Shown piece after piece: positions 1-12,201 of a stretch of DNA of 64,000 nucleotides. Both the position numbers and the translations under genes were made by a program. Source of the stretch: Diplonema japonicum (Eukaryota; Protista; Euglenozoa: Diplonemea); contig OZ025681.1 of assembly GCA_964019335.1 (NCBI GenBank), forward strand, positions 310,001 through 374,000, read 5' to 3'. Numbering within the stretch: the first letter of the stretch is position 1; the number at the start of each line of letters is the position of its first letter. The notes under the pieces were generated by a model that worked only from the letters and a program-made list of their open reading frames with translations, did not search any database and was not told where the DNA came from.

Positions 1-1213
1 AAGTGTGACTCGATATAATATAGCCCCCCAACGCAGCTGATCCGGACCACCCTAACGACGTCACTCTCCGCAAAGACGACCATCTTCCACGAGTTTCCTT
101 AGTAGCAAAGTCCATCATAATGGACCGTCTTACAGCTCCAGTCGAGTTCAGCACAACACATCGGAGTAGGTACAAGACTATAATAACGCACCTGTTGAGA
201 GGCTCGTGGTTGTACCTGTTGGCGTAGCCCATTGCTACGATACCCGCGGAGGAGGCGATGCCGATGTACCAGTAAAATAGTTCGGCTTGAACCCTCCCAA
301 GCTTCCCGGAAAGATGTCTGAGCAGCGTGGTGGAAGGGATCCCTAACAAAGGTCGGATAGTGATGATCGACATTACTGTAAACGGGGATAACACCAGCTT
401 GGATTGTAGAAATATCGGAAAGAACTTCACCGTCATCCCGCTTCCGATCGACCAGAAGAAGTTCGAAACAGTGATGCATGCGGGTACAAAATGATGGACA
501 GACCGCTTCCTACCTTCTGTGGCGTTCGGGGCACAACTGACTGCAGAGCTCACAGCGCCCAAGGACTTTTCGTCTCTAAAGCGAAAGCAAGCTGCAACCA
601 TGAAAACTCTCATGAAGCATCCCAACACTATGATAGGCACAATGTGGCTTTCAGTCCATGTGTCGCCGTAGGTTAGAAACACAACGGAGCAGATTGCAGG
701 GCCCACACACCTGCATCCCATGTTCCATTTTTGCAAAGAAGAGTAAAACGGCAGGCGAAGCCCCGTTTTGAGAGAGTCTGCTAGGATTGCCTCAGAAGCG
801 GCGTCCCCTACAGATTCAAACAACAGCACAATACCTACAGAGGCGGTCACATAGTAGAATATGAGTTCTTTTCTCTGTTCATCGGAGCACAGGGTGACAG
901 ACACCAGCAACAGAGATATTCCCAACAAACCCCCTGTTCCGGAGTACCGAATCACCTTCTCCCGTCCTGTTTTCCCGTCCGCCATGAAGCCGCCGGCTAT
1001 GCCCGGAAGCAGAGTTACCAATCCTAGTGCACCTTCGGAAATGCCAACCATGGTGGTATCGCTGTCTGTCAGCAGAAACAGGTAGCAGGCGGTGAGGCCT
1101 GAGAACAACATACTGTTCGAGATAGAAAGGAAGGTGCTGTACACGACATATGTAAGGGAGTTGGGGCTGGAACTGAGGTCGCCGAAGTGCCAATTTATGA
1201 GCTTTTGCAACAT
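1..1213 (-). CDS. Major facilitator superfamily (MFS) transporter, 3'-partial (runs off the window start; absent from the ORF track)
   Basis: Manual translation from ATG 1213 gives MLQKLINWHFGDL...GGFMADGKTGREKV...SEAILADS...GSGMTVKFFPIF...RSIMMDFATKETRGRWSS...GWSGSAALGGYII with no stop before position 1. It has many hydrophobic helices and MFS motif-A-like loops. Confidence 0.85.
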   Translation of the reverse strand, partial: MLQKLINWHFGDLSSSPNSLTYVVYSTFLSISNSMLFSGLTACYLFLLTDSDTTMVGISEGALGLVTLLPGIAGGFMADGKTGREKVIRYSGTGGLLGISLLLVSVTLCSDEQRKELIFYYVTASVGIVLLFESVGDAASEAILADSLKTGLRLPFYSSLQKWNMGCRCVGPAICSVVFLTYGDTWTESHIVPIIVLGCFMRVFMVAACFRFRDEKSLGAVSSAVSCAPNATEGRKRSVHHFVPACITVSNFFWSIGSGMTVKFFPIFLQSKLVLSPFTVMSIITIRPLLGIPSTTLLRHLSGKLGRVQAELFYWYIGIASSAGIVAMGYANRYNHEPLNRCVIIVLYLLRCVVLNSTGAVRRSIMMDFATKETRGRWSSLRRVTSLGWSGSAALGGYIISSHT

Positions 1214-1334
1214 TTATGTTCTTTTTCTTTTTTATCTTTTGTAACATGGCGGGTGGGGGAGAACAGCTAAAAAGAAAGAAGAAGAAAAAAGATTCACTAC
1301 GAAAGGAAACGAAGTAGCTAGCATGAAAAAAAAA

Positions 1335-2543
1335 CTCAAAGTGCAGGACAAACCCCCTCATGGAGGGCCGCCCTTGGGTGGGTTGGGGGGGGCTATCTAT
1401 TTATACTCCTCCTGGAGCATTGCTTTCGTTCCAATCGAGGCCCTGAGCGTCTTGCGGAGTCATGTGATGCGGTCTCGCTTGTAAGCGGCTTTCAGTTCCA
1501 TCAGCTTGTCGTGCGTGGAGTGGAAGATGGGCCTCCTGGCGAAACCCATAGCCGTCTTCCCACCTATTGCGACGAGGGACTTCACTCTCTTCTGTTCATC
1601 AGCTGGGAAGGGGCGTGGCTTCTTCCGTGCCCTGCATGCCGCGTTCAGCTTTTCTCATCAGTGCTTTGATCTTGCGAGCCCTATCTTCCAGCAGACCTCC
1701 CAGTAACTTGCCTGTCGTCCATTCGAAGTCGATGGCCAATTCCACCGCTGACACTTCAGAGCTGGTGTCCTCCTTCACCCATCGTAGCTGTGACAACCAC
1801 TGCAGCAGCGGGTTCAAGAATTCTGCGACGATTCCTCCCACTCCTTCGAGCTCCCCCGCCGTTGGCACGAGGCATCTCCTTCCCTCCACATTGCGTACCC
1901 ACGGCAGCGGCTGTGTGCTGGCGTTGTCTATTTGCATGAGCTCCACATCCCGTTTCCCGACCACAGCCATGTATCGCTGCAGCTTCTCCAGGTGTGCGAA
2001 GACATGCCCCCTCGGCAGTATCGCGTGCAGCTCCAGACATAGGGGCCATCCTGATCTGTTGCGCAACGGCTCCATTCCGTCTAGTGCCAGTTCCTCTTGT
2101 GCACAGGCGCACTCATACAGCTGATGGCGGAGTAAGGTCACCGTGTCCGGGTGTGGAGACTTGCACAGGTCGCATCTGAATCCTTGCGTGTGCGATACCT
2201 CCGTCGTTGGTGCCTGGCCCATGTTCTCCTCGTCGTCACCGTTGTCGTCACCTTCAGGCGCCAGTGGGACGCTCTTTCGGTTCGCATTTGCGTGCGGGTT
2301 TAGGTAGGGAACCCTTCCTGCGATCACTCGTCTCAGGCTGTAGGACATGAGCAGGTCCTTGGCCGTCCTCCATAATCGGTTCGTCTTGGGGTCCGCCCCC
2401 GGCTCTATCCCGCTTATCGTGCTCCTCTCGACCGCCAGCGTCCTACTTCGGGCCTTCCTCACCACCTCTCTAAAGATGTGTCCGCGTTCGGCCCAAGATG
2501 TGTTGCAACCTAGTAGCTGCGCCCAACTCCATCCTATTCGGGG
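1335..2543 (-). mobile_element. 5'-truncated non-LTR retrotransposon 3' fragment (C-terminal CCHC zinc-knuckle region)
   Basis: ORF 1599..2741 contains CDLCK...HQLYEC, LQWLSQLRW and VELAIDFE, collinear with CDVCD...HALWEC, LKWLRGLRW and MELAIDYE downstream of the RT at 50612..51763. It continues past an internal stop as RVKSLVAIGGKTAMGFARRPIF. Confidence 0.8.
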
Positions 2544-3091
2544 AAAAAAAAAAATAGAAAACAAAAAAAAATAAAATAGTAAAATAAAAAAGAGTGATCT
2601 CAACATATTCCCACAATTCTTGCTGGAAAAAAAATGGGGGGGAAAATATATAGATCGGAGGCGAGTGATCAGCGTAAGGGAGGGGTGGGTGAAAAAGAAA
2701 TCCGAGCCCCGTTCTGGGGGGACTCGAGTGTTCGTCCCCAACCCTTCATCATCTGCCTATGATACCACAGACAGCTACACAGCACATCAAAACAAAATTC
2801 AACACTGTCTTTAGTCTCAACAATAGAGTTGCCAAAACACACAATATTTTCCTCAAAATTGTTTGTTTTATAATCTCGACAAGTCGAGACGATAGACCTT
2901 CGGGTACCACATAATTCTCTTCATAAGAAAGAGAGAAAAAAAAGGGGAAAAAAAGAGATGAGATAAAGGAGGTTCCTGTTTGGAACGTCCCCCTTGTCTC
3001 TACTTATCTACCCCTTTCTCCCTTCTGGGGCCTCGGCCTTTCTTTCTTTTAAAAAAAGAGTCTTGTTTTTCTTTTTCAAGCAACAAAAAAA

Positions 3092-3205
3092 AAAACTAGT
3101 TTGGCGCTCCATTTGTTTGTGCGCACGAGCGGAATTTTACCAAATAAAATAGCTCATTACGCTGCCATCAACTAGTTTTTAGTCTCGACAATAATATTGT
3201 TAAAA

Positions 3206-3207
<2 letters not shown>
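3092..3207. repeat. ~115-bp dispersed repeat (MITE-like), copy 1
   Basis: Near-identical to 10530..10643, with inverted aaaactagtt...aactagtttt ends. Confidence 0.8.
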
Positions 3208-3238
<31 letters not shown>

Positions 3239-3347
3239 CGCGCTTTCCGACACCTCACCTTACTTGAGTCGGCAAAATAGAACTGTTAAAAATAAAAAGA
3301 CGGAGGGGACAATTCTTAAAAAGTCTCGTTTTTTCTTTTTTAGAAAT

Positions 3348-3482
3348 TTGATAAACTTCGGTGTGCGGGTGGGTGCTCACCGTTCAGGGAGTAACTCACA
3401 ACGCTGCTCTGCGGGTGCTGTCTGACCTTACCTCCGTTCGAATTCGACAGCTCCAGCACTGTGTGCGGCTTCCCCGTGGCCA
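3348..3482 (-). repeat. Short retroposon 3'-terminal remnant
   Basis: gataaacttcggtgtgcgggtgggtgctcaccgttcagg resembles the terminus of the RT element at 50548 (gataaaaatttcagtgtgcatgggggtgctcactgttcagg). Confidence 0.6.
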
Positions 3483-4457
3483 AAAAAAAAAAAAAAGTTA
3501 GGCCGCGATTTATTTCCAAAAAGGGGTAAATAGAATAAGTCTTTTCTTTTCCTCCGTTGTGAGTTCTTTTTCTTTCTTTTTTTTTTCTTTTTGATTTTCA
3601 ATTAAATTCTCGATAAAAATCACAATATTTTGTGTCCGACTTTATTGAAAAATCTAAAATCGGGTAAAAATCGCGGAACTACTATTACTGTACATGTGGT
3701 AAGTAGTAAAAAAAAAGAAATACGGGTTAAAAGGAAAGCTTTGTGAGACGCCCCCTTGTTCTCATCTTCTACCTGCGCCTATCCCCTTTCAACTGCTCTT
3801 CTTTGGTTCAGCAGGGAAGGCCCTCCTTCTTTTTACCTTCATTACTCTGAAGGACTTCCGGGTCACGTTTTCGAAGTCCAGTGCCAGCTCCAGTAAGAAA
3901 TAAATCAAAGTAAAAAAAAAACCTGGGGTCGAAGTTCTTCTTTAGAGGACCGTCTGACAAAAGTAGCGACTAGAAGAAAAAAAAGAAAAAAAAAGAAGAA
4001 AAAAAGAATTTCTAAGAACTACTTTCCCCTACCTTTTTTTGAAACAAAAAGAAAAAGAACTATTTTCTTTCGGCGCTTTTGTTCGCTTGAATAATAATAA
4101 TAAAAAAGAAAAACAATAACAAGAAATGAATTGTTGTTGCAGTAGGGGGGGGGGGGGGGGGGGGATGAGGATACGTTCTGTTTTCAGCATGAGCTCGTCT
4201 TTTAAGCTTTTCAGTGCCTCTCCACTTCTTCCTGTGCAGTTCTTGGCCCAGGTTAAGGTGAATATTCTGAGAGAAGGAACCGTTAGCATTTCAATTCTTT
4301 CGAACTCATATCTTCATTTTTCTGTTCTTTCCCTCCCCTCCCTTTTTTTTCTTCTTCTTTACTTTCAGTTCTCTTTTTTCACAGAGTTCGCAGAATCGAA
4401 CCCTGGGTTGGCGGGGGGGAGGGAGTCCTTCCTTTTTTTTTTTCTTCTTCTTCTTGT

Positions 4458-4494
<37 letters not shown>

Positions 4495-4529
4495 AAACAA
4501 AAAACACACAGAAACACACAAAAAAACAC

Positions 4530-5744
4530 TTACTTGCAACTTTGGTGAATAGTCGGCTGCGACGCCCACCGTGCCTTGGCCTCCTCCACATTGCATTTAT
4601 CCGGGTAGGTTAATTTGAAGTCCCCGCATAGCCAGTTTACAAGGATATCAGCCTCCATTTTCACCACTTTCTGCCCGTAGTGAATCCCATCGCTGCTGAC
4701 CTCGAAGGGGGAGAGGCCTTTCACAGGGTTCCCGAATGCGTATGAAGTAAGAGCGGTGAATTCAAAAACAGGAACACCAGCGCAAGCTGCGGCAATGTAG
4801 CCCGCCTCACGGTAGGCATCAACTTTGACAGGGTCGGAGCACCTATAGCATAGACGTTCTCCCCTCGGGGTGTAACACCGCGTCCGATTGACATGATGAA
4901 CAGGGAACATTGCGAAGGGTTTGTTGAGCTGCTTAAACGTCTTCAGAACGACGATTAACTCATCTAGGTACGTGTTGATGTGTGTTTGGAGGAGACCCAT
5001 GTCCCACAGCCCTCCCCCGTAGACAATGATGTCAGACTCCGATACAGCACGCGTACGAGATTGCGAGAGTATGTGTGTGTTCGACAGGTATTGCTTGTTC
5101 AAGGTTGGTGATTTTAAAAACCTAAAGGTACCGTTTCTGCCCACGCTCCACTGGTACTGGTCGGCGTCGAATTTTCCTATTTGAAAAGGTCTTCTTCTGA
5201 CCCGCATTTCAAACGTCTCAGAAAGTTGTCTGAGGAGTGAATCACCGATTAGCAACACCTTCTTGTCCGACAAGCACGTTTCAATGTCGAACTCTTCGCT
5301 TGTTCTTAACCTGCATTTCTCTGGTTCCCACAGAAGCCAAGGTGATTGCTTGTCGTTTACAACACCATTGTTTGTTTGAGACTGTTCCGTGCACACCGGG
5401 AGCTTCATTCTGTCACCGTGAGTGATTTCAAGAGGGGGGACTGGAGGGAAAACTTCCAACGGTTTAATCAATGGTGGCGGTGTGGCCACTGGTGGAGGAA
5501 GTACAGGAGATGGAGGTATCGTGGGTCGGACGACTGCCGCCAAGACCTCACGCATCATGTTCTCAAGAATTCCTATTCGTTTGTTTGTGACATCGAGCTT
5601 CATCGCTAAGTCATCTCTCTCTTCCATCAATTGAATTTCGATTTTCGGTTTTGTCTTGCCCTGCTTGCCCTTCGGCTCCACCCCGTACTTCATGAGAAGA
5701 GTGGTTGCCCCCAATAGTAAGAGCACGCCTATGAGCTTCTTGTC

Positions 5745-5750
<6 letters not shown>
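4530..5750 (-). CDS. SGNH-fold PC-esterase/TBL/NXPE-like protein with N-terminal membrane anchor (putative glycan O-acetyltransferase/esterase)
   Basis: N-terminal hydrophobic helix, coiled-coil and Pro-rich stem, WEPEKCRL, then catalytic-type motifs LLIGDS, GGGLWD and DGIH (DxxH). Confidence 0.75.
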
Positions 5751-5775
<25 letters not shown>

Positions 5776-5856
5776 CCCTCCCCTCTCTTTGGTGGAAAAA
5801 AAGCTAGAAAATGAGGATGTAATATTTAAAAAAAAAAAAAAAAACTATTCTGTTAA

Positions 5857-6806
5857 CCCATAACACTCCAAGGCGCAAATATTTGTCGTTTTGAAAAATC
5901 GTTTTTTTCTCTATGTACTTTTTCGTCCCCACGACCTGGATCTCCAAGAACGACAAAAGTGAGGAGTTATTTTCAACTGCATTTCATGCTGCGCTGCATC
6001 ACTTTACATTGTTATCCACCCACCAAGTGGGTCCCAAATCCGAGTAGATAGGCTAAAAACGCAAAATAACGGGTGTGCATACTGTGCCCAAATTGTTCCC
6101 AAAAAACGCAAAGGTAAAGCCAAAACAGCTACGGACGAGGTCCAACCTTCATGGGTAAGGGAGTTGGTACCCATAGAGACCATAAAATAGACCAGTGGGG
6201 AGAAAAAAAGCTGTCCCGTGGTACGCAGAAACCTGACGACGCAAAATGGTTATTCCTTCGGTTTTTTTATAAGAAGCTCACAGGCGTCATCCAAGAAGAG
6301 ACAAACAAGCAAAAGGACGCTGGGATTGATAAAATTTCGACCCAGGACTCCACCGCTTACTCGGATTGAGCATTGCGATGGGTTTACGGCGTGCCCAGAA
6401 TCAGCAGTCGTATTGGTCCACAGGACCCATGAAAATCCCCCTTTTCAGTAACACGATGCCCAGGAGACGCTACCGGGAAATCAAAAGTAGCCTCCACTTC
6501 ACTCACACAGAAGAGTCAAACGGTGATGTGTTGTGAAGATGAGGGTTTCTGGACAGAATTGGTGACAAGTGGGCAAAAGCAGCAGTGCCAGGAAAATATT
6601 TAAGCATTGACGAGACACTCGTACCTTCACGGGGCAATTGGGGGGCTGCGGGTCTACTGTCCTCTCAAGCGCAAAAGATATAGCATAAAGATCTACTGCC
6701 TAACTGCACGAGCACGGGTTATCTTTTGCGTTTTCACATCCACGCCACCAAAACCGAGGGGCACGCACCTGAAGATTTCAGTGTTGTGGAAAAGGCGGTG
6801 CTGGGG
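5857..6806 (+). mobile_element. piggyBac-family transposon relic (internally deleted, frameshifted transposase)
   Basis: Plus-strand translation gives YWSTGPMKIPLFSNTMPRRRYREIKSSLHF, PGKYLSIDETLVP and LRVYCPLKRKRYSIKIYCL (piggyBac DDD motifs). It is flanked by TTAA|CCC at 5853-5859 and GGG|TTAA at 6804-6810. Confidence 0.8.
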
Positions 6807-6934
6807 TTAACGGAGCCTTTCCGGGGAAATGACAACACGGTAGTTTGCGAGCTACTTTTCGGTTGATTGTTGTTTGTGCACAGCCGGTAAGCAGTTCAAG
6901 TTTTTCACCTTCAAAGGGGATGGCAACAGACATT

Positions 6935-6991
6935 TTTTGTTTGTGCACAGCCGGGATTAACCTGTATAAGGATAAGCCCAACAATGCTACC
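6935..6991. repeat. Dispersed ~55-bp repeat (core ataagcccaacaatgctacc); further copies at ~11205..11239 and ~11538..11591
   Basis: An identical 20-nt core occurs in three places, with similar upstream gtgcacag.cggga.t..cctgta. Confidence 0.75.
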
Positions 6992-7189
6992 ACTACTCTT
7001 TTTAGCAATAACAATTCATTGTCAATATATTGTTTTTCTTGTTCATGCAAAAAAAAAAAGGATTTTTTTTTTTTTGTTCTCCCTTCATGAATAAACAATA
7101 AACAGTCAGTTTGGTTTGACGGGATTTTACAAAAAAAAAAAATAATAATAATAATGCTTTTATGACTATATGTCTTTGTTGTTCGCGCG

Positions 7190-7228
<39 letters not shown>

Positions 7229-7369
7229 TTAAAAAAAAGCTGCGATTTTTTTTTCTTTCTTTTTTTTTTTTTTTTGTTCGGCACAAGTTGCATATAGCTT
7301 ATAAAATCATTTTTTCTTTTCTTTTTTTTTTTTGAAAGGTAAATTATTTGTAACAAAAAAAAACTATTC

Positions 7370-7585
7370 TTTTAACGCCCGTTGTCCCCGTTCTGGGGGC
7401 TCTGGCGGGTTCCTACTGCGGTAGTCATACTGCGGGACAGCCTTGTCGGAGTCCTGCGACAAGTACCTACTCATGGTTCGTTCCGGGAGTACTGGCCTCC
7501 TGTCATACCCGTGTGTGGTCGGTCCTCCGATACAGCGTAGGGAGTTGACGCGCTCCACTCCGCGCCGCTGGGAACGCTACCCCTC
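7370..7585 (-). mobile_element. Non-LTR retrotransposon extreme 3' fragment
   Basis: Encodes RVNSLRCIGGPTTHGYDRRPV, matching RVHTLRHLGAPTAHGYDRRPL at the end of the RT element (50599..50835). Confidence 0.75.
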
Positions 7586-8105
7586 AAAAAAAAAAAAGTG
7601 GACTAGAAAAAAAAAGGGAAAAAAAAAAAAAAAGAAACTTTCAACACCGCAAACAACTTCTTCAACTACTAGTATTGCACACTCTATAATGATGTGTTAG
7701 TAAACTCGTCCAGTATGTAAGACGTGGAAAGAAGGGGAAGAAAAAACTCAATTGTGTGTCATACATGCAAGCTCCTGGAAGGGGTCAAAGGTGCTTTATT
7801 TGGAATCTTCGAATAGCCTTCGACCCGAAAAAGTATCGTATCATATAATGTGGGCCCTTTTTCGGTCCCCAATATATTATTTACCGTACTAGGTAGCTCT
7901 CAGTTGCAGAATTATCTCTCAACTCCTCCAGGTGCTCTTCAGAGGCACCCTTCAACGGCTCCCACTAGCAGCAGGGTTGGGGAAGCTACTATTCCGGAAA
8001 AAAAAAAGAGAAGAAAGAAAAAAAAAAAAAAAAAGAAGAGAGAAATTAAAAAAAAAAAAAAAAAAAACGATGGGAGAATTCTTTTTTTTTTTTTTTTTTT
8101 TTTTT

Positions 8106-9275
8106 TTATTTCCCATTGACAACAGGGATCCGGTTTCTCATGTGCTTTGCGACGCCCATCCCTCCCCGTGTGTCTGAACAGCAAAGCAGACAATCTCTTA
8201 TCTTCCTAGTAACAGGCACCGGCGGGAGACCTTTTTCAATAACAGCGATGGTGGCAGCGAACTTCCCAGGCGGTTTCCCGTCGTAGGCCGTCTGGTAAGG
8301 GTGCCTATTCATCCCGTCTTTAATATTACAACTCGCGCCTTTTGACATGAGAAAGGAAACGACGTCGGCGTAAGCGCCGACAGTGGCAAGGTGTAAGGGT
8401 GTCATGCCAGACGTGTCACGTATGTTCCTCGGAGTTTTCGGTGTAAGCTTTTTAACCATCTCAAGGTCACCATTTCCTGCGGCAATGTGAAGCGGTGTCT
8501 GCCCACGAAAATCCCGTTCACTAACAAGAGCTTTCGACTCAATGAGAAAATCCACCACGTCTGCCTGCCCTGCTGCCACAGCATGATGGACGGGCATCCG
8601 CTTGTTCCAGTCCAATAAATTTAACCTAGCATGTTTGCGAACAAGCTCCTTCACACGGTCTAGATCGTTGACAGCAAGATGAAGCGGGGTTTGCTTCTTT
8701 ATCTTATCGACACGATTCACGTCAAACCCAAAGCCAACCAACAAAGCAACATGTGATGCTTCACACACGTGCAGAGGTGTCTCCCCGTCAACACTTCGGT
8801 ACCATGACGAAGAGCGGACGCAGGATTTATTTTTCAACACTGCGGTGAAGAGGGAAGCGAGGCTGGGGTCGTCTACCGGAGACCTCGCGTTTTGAACCGC
8901 CTCGTTGAGCATGGACTCATACGGCGCGACACCTGCAGAGAGGAGTAGAGCAACCGTGCTCCCATTAAGTTCTCGCACGGCGTTTTGTAGTGAAGCGTGT
9001 TCTATCGGAATTGATAACTCGGAGAGTTTGTTTTCTGCTGATTTCTTTTCGTAGCCGGTGATGAGGTCGAAGGCGGTTACTTCTGCGAACTCGTCTAGAG
9101 TCGCGTGCATTCCGACCACCTCGCTGCCTGCGAACAGCCGGGTGTCCTCATGATCCACGTCTTTGAAACCCATTGCTTCTAGCGCCCTTTTGCATACCTC
9201 CCTTCCTGTCTCGTTTCCTTCCACTGTTAGCTCGCATGTTGCGGTGCCTTGCTCTGCTGTGACCGTTATGTCCAT
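8106..9275 (-). CDS. Ankyrin-repeat protein with a possible N-terminal ubiquitin-like domain
   Basis: Repeated G.TPLH.A motifs (GETPLH, QTPLHLA, GQTPLHIA, GMTPLHLA). The first ~75 aa show a beta-grasp-like pattern (ITVTA...LTVEGNET...TRLFAG). Confidence 0.85.
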   Translation of the reverse strand: MDITVTAEQGTATCELTVEGNETGREVCKRALEAMGFKDVDHEDTRLFAGSEVVGMHATLDEFAEVTAFDLITGYEKKSAENKLSELSIPIEHASLQNAVRELNGSTVALLLSAGVAPYESMLNEAVQNARSPVDDPSLASLFTAVLKNKSCVRSSSWYRSVDGETPLHVCEASHVALLVGFGFDVNRVDKIKKQTPLHLAVNDLDRVKELVRKHARLNLLDWNKRMPVHHAVAAGQADVVDFLIESKALVSERDFRGQTPLHIAAGNGDLEMVKKLTPKTPRNIRDTSGMTPLHLATVGAYADVVSFLMSKGASCNIKDGMNRHPYQTAYDGKPPGKFAATIAVIEKGLPPVPVTRKIRDCLLCCSDTRGGMGVAKHMRNRIPVVNGK

Positions 9276-9371
9276 TATGTTGTTGTGTTTTCTTTTTTCT
9301 GTGTTTGGATAACTAAGTGGGGGTGGGGGGGTGGGGGTGCTTTTTTTTTTTGGTCAGCTTTTTTTTTTTTT

Positions 9372-9375
<4 letters not shown>

Positions 9376-9414
<39 letters not shown>
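9376..9414. repeat. (GA)n microsatellite
   Basis: Uninterrupted gagaga run. Confidence 0.95.
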
Positions 9415-9418
<4 letters not shown>

Positions 9419-9537
9419 TTTTTAAACAAAGAGCGAGGGGAAAAATAAGAAAAAAGAAATTAAAGGAGAGGTAAGTGCCGGTAGCGACTCCTGCCCCGCC
9501 CCGCTATCACCTTTTTTTTTTTTTTTTTTTTTTTTAA

Positions 9538-10050
9538 TTTCACTCCCCAGTTTCATTTTCTTCACTCACTAGGGGCCTCATAATTTAACGCGAAATCGCC
9601 ATAATTTAACTAGTTAAATTATGAGATTTTCGAGTTAAATTATGGGGCTTCAGAGTGAAAAAATGGGTCTTGTCGTGGAAAAAAATGTACCCAACCCCTT
9701 GAAAAATCTTTTTGGGGACGGGGTATTTTTGGGCCATCTGAGGCCATTCCAGCCCTTAAAAGTGGGAATAAGTGCTTTACTTCCCCTTTAAATGCCACGG
9801 CGAAATAGCAACCCCATATTACCTTAGGAAATCCCCAAAAGGCTGACCTGCGTGAAAAAAAAAAACAGCAGTGAAATCAGTGAAGAGTGAGTGACTCAAA
9901 TGACGAAGAGTGAAATAAAACGACTTACTTGCCGCCAAATGAGCCATTATTTAACTCTCGTTACCGTTTTTTTGCCCTGCGGGCCCTCGTGCAAAAAATT
10001 CGGGACTCGAGTTAAATAATGACTCATAATTTGTTGGCAATAAATAGCTA
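9538..10050 (-). mobile_element. Non-autonomous hairpin-rich element (Crypton-like family), copy B
   Basis: Internal inverted repeats of ataatttaac/gttaaattat and terminal ttgttggcaataaatagcta. The reverse complement aligns with 36622..37372 and 57270..57345. Confidence 0.6.
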
Positions 10051-10529
10051 GTTTTCCAGAAGGCAAAGAACCCACCTGTGATAGGAAACGAAGTGGTTAG
10101 CACGGCCCACTGAAACTTTTGTTCAATTTTTATTGACACAATGGCCATCCTTGTGAAAGCCACCGTGTAAAATAAAAGAGGAGAGGTAAAAAAGAAAAAG
10201 CTTTTGAAACAGGGAGAGAAACAGAAAGCAATTAAACCAACTGGGGAAGGCATGCTTCACTGGCACTAGGCCGCAGAGAGGCTATCTCTTGTACGAAAAC
10301 CTTGGCCTTCTTCTGTTACCCACTGTGCTAATAATGGCATCCATGAGAGGGCAAAAATGCACAGATTCTCTCGCATTTCGACTCGCTTAAGGGGAGGTGT
10401 CATCAAGTACCTGAGACGTAGGCCCGAAGACCTTGGTCCTGCTGCCCCCGCAAGAAGAAAAAAAGAAATTAGTCCTTTGCGGACCTTTTCTTTTTCTCTT
10501 TCTCCGGTCTTTGGAGAAACTAAAAAAAA

Positions 10530-10643
10530 AAAACTAGTTTGGCGCTCCATTTGTTTGTGCGCACGAGCGGAATTTTACCTAATAAAATAGCATTACGCTG
10601 CCATTAACTAGTTTTTAGTCTCGACAATAATATTGTTAAAACA
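10530..10643. repeat. ~115-bp dispersed repeat (MITE-like), copy 2
   Basis: Near-identical to 3092..3207. Confidence 0.8.
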
Positions 10644-12047
10644 AAAAAAAAAAAAAAAAGAAGAAGAAAAAGAAGAATGCCTTTGGTTGCTTCATAAACC
10701 GCCTGGCGTACGAGCAACTACTTTACCGCGCAAGCGGATGTTGCTACCCTTCTGTGCTGAAGGATGCATGGCAGCGGGAAGGGTGGACTGCGTTCTGGTT
10801 GATTGTTGTACTTTGCAGTCAGGCACGAAGGGGTCGGACCACTCTTTTCTCTGTGCAGTCGGTACTGCACATTATCTTTCTAGTAAAAAAAAAATAAAAG
10901 AATAACTTTTAATAGTTCACTTCAGGGGGCAGGCCGGTCATCGAAAAAAAAAAAAAAAGGAAAAAAAAAAAAAAAAAAAGAAACTAGTCACGCATGAGTG
11001 GTGTTTTAACTAGTTTTTTTTTTTCTTTTTTTTTTTTTTCTTCTTTTTTTTTTTTTTTTTCGACAATTAAATTGAAATAGAACTTCTTTGCTCGGGCATA
11101 AAAGAAAAGGGGACAGGAAAGTTAACAAGAAAAAAAGGGGGGGAGAAAGAACGAAAATATCTACTAGGTCCGAAGTATCAGCAACGACCCAACAGCACGG
11201 GGTAGCCCTGTAGAAAGGATAAGCCCAACAATGCTACCACAAGTCTTATACAAAAAAGGTTTAGACCCACGCAAAGCGGCGCCTTGAACTAGGTAATATT
11301 GCTTCGTGGCGGGGGGGGGGGGGGGTATTTTATCTATCTAACGCGTAACCCCCAATTTTCATACCAGGAATGAAGACCAGTAGAGTCAAGCTACCCCAGA
11401 CACCAACACGAAAGAAAAAATCGGAAAAGAGGAAGGGCGGAGGTTCTTGGAAAAGAACAGAGAATATATGCGCTGCTTAAGAAGGTCTGAGGTACGACCT
11501 ACTTTTTCTTTTATTCTTTCTTTCTTTTTTTTATTTTGTTTTGTGCACAGACGGGAATAGCCTGTAGAAGTATAAGCCCAACAATGCTACCCACATTTTT
11601 CTTTTCTTCTTTTCAAAAAAAAGAAAGTAACTGAAGAGTATCAGCACACGCTAGACGGAGCATCAGCAACGAGACAACTGGTGGGCAAGGGAAAAATAAA
11701 TCTCTTTAACATCAAAGGTGCACAAGTCACAAGGGTCACACTCGGCTCCAAAAGGTAGTCTCTTCTCTTTCCAGTATTGTACACAAGATTCTTCCCCTGA
11801 TTCTCCCTGATTTTCTTTTTTTTTTTTTTTTTTTTTTTTAAAAAATGAGGAAGGAAGAACCTCTCCTCCTTCCCCGGTCCTTGAGTGCCAATCTGAAATT
11901 GAAACAAAAAACGAGAACTTTCGTGTCGAGATATCCTTCATCTTCCATCAAATCAGAAAAACAAAACAAAAAACAAAAGATTCACAATGATAGGAAACGA
12001 AGTGTAGGTACCCCCCGTGCACGATTCCGCTTGGACAAAAAAAAATA

Positions 12048-12088
<41 letters not shown>

Positions 12089-12170
12089 AGAGAGAGAAAA
12101 AGTAAATTTATTTCTCGTGCTTTTTTGTGGGTTTCTCCGTTTTGGACAATTCCAAAGTAAAACCCGCAGA

Positions 12171-12201
<31 letters not shown>

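Noticed and set aside
6778-8193. Numerous K/F-rich ORFs in spacers (here and throughout, e.g. 32203-32674, 34234-34837, 49242-50019)
   Set aside because: Translations of poly(dA)/poly(dT) tracts, not protein-like.
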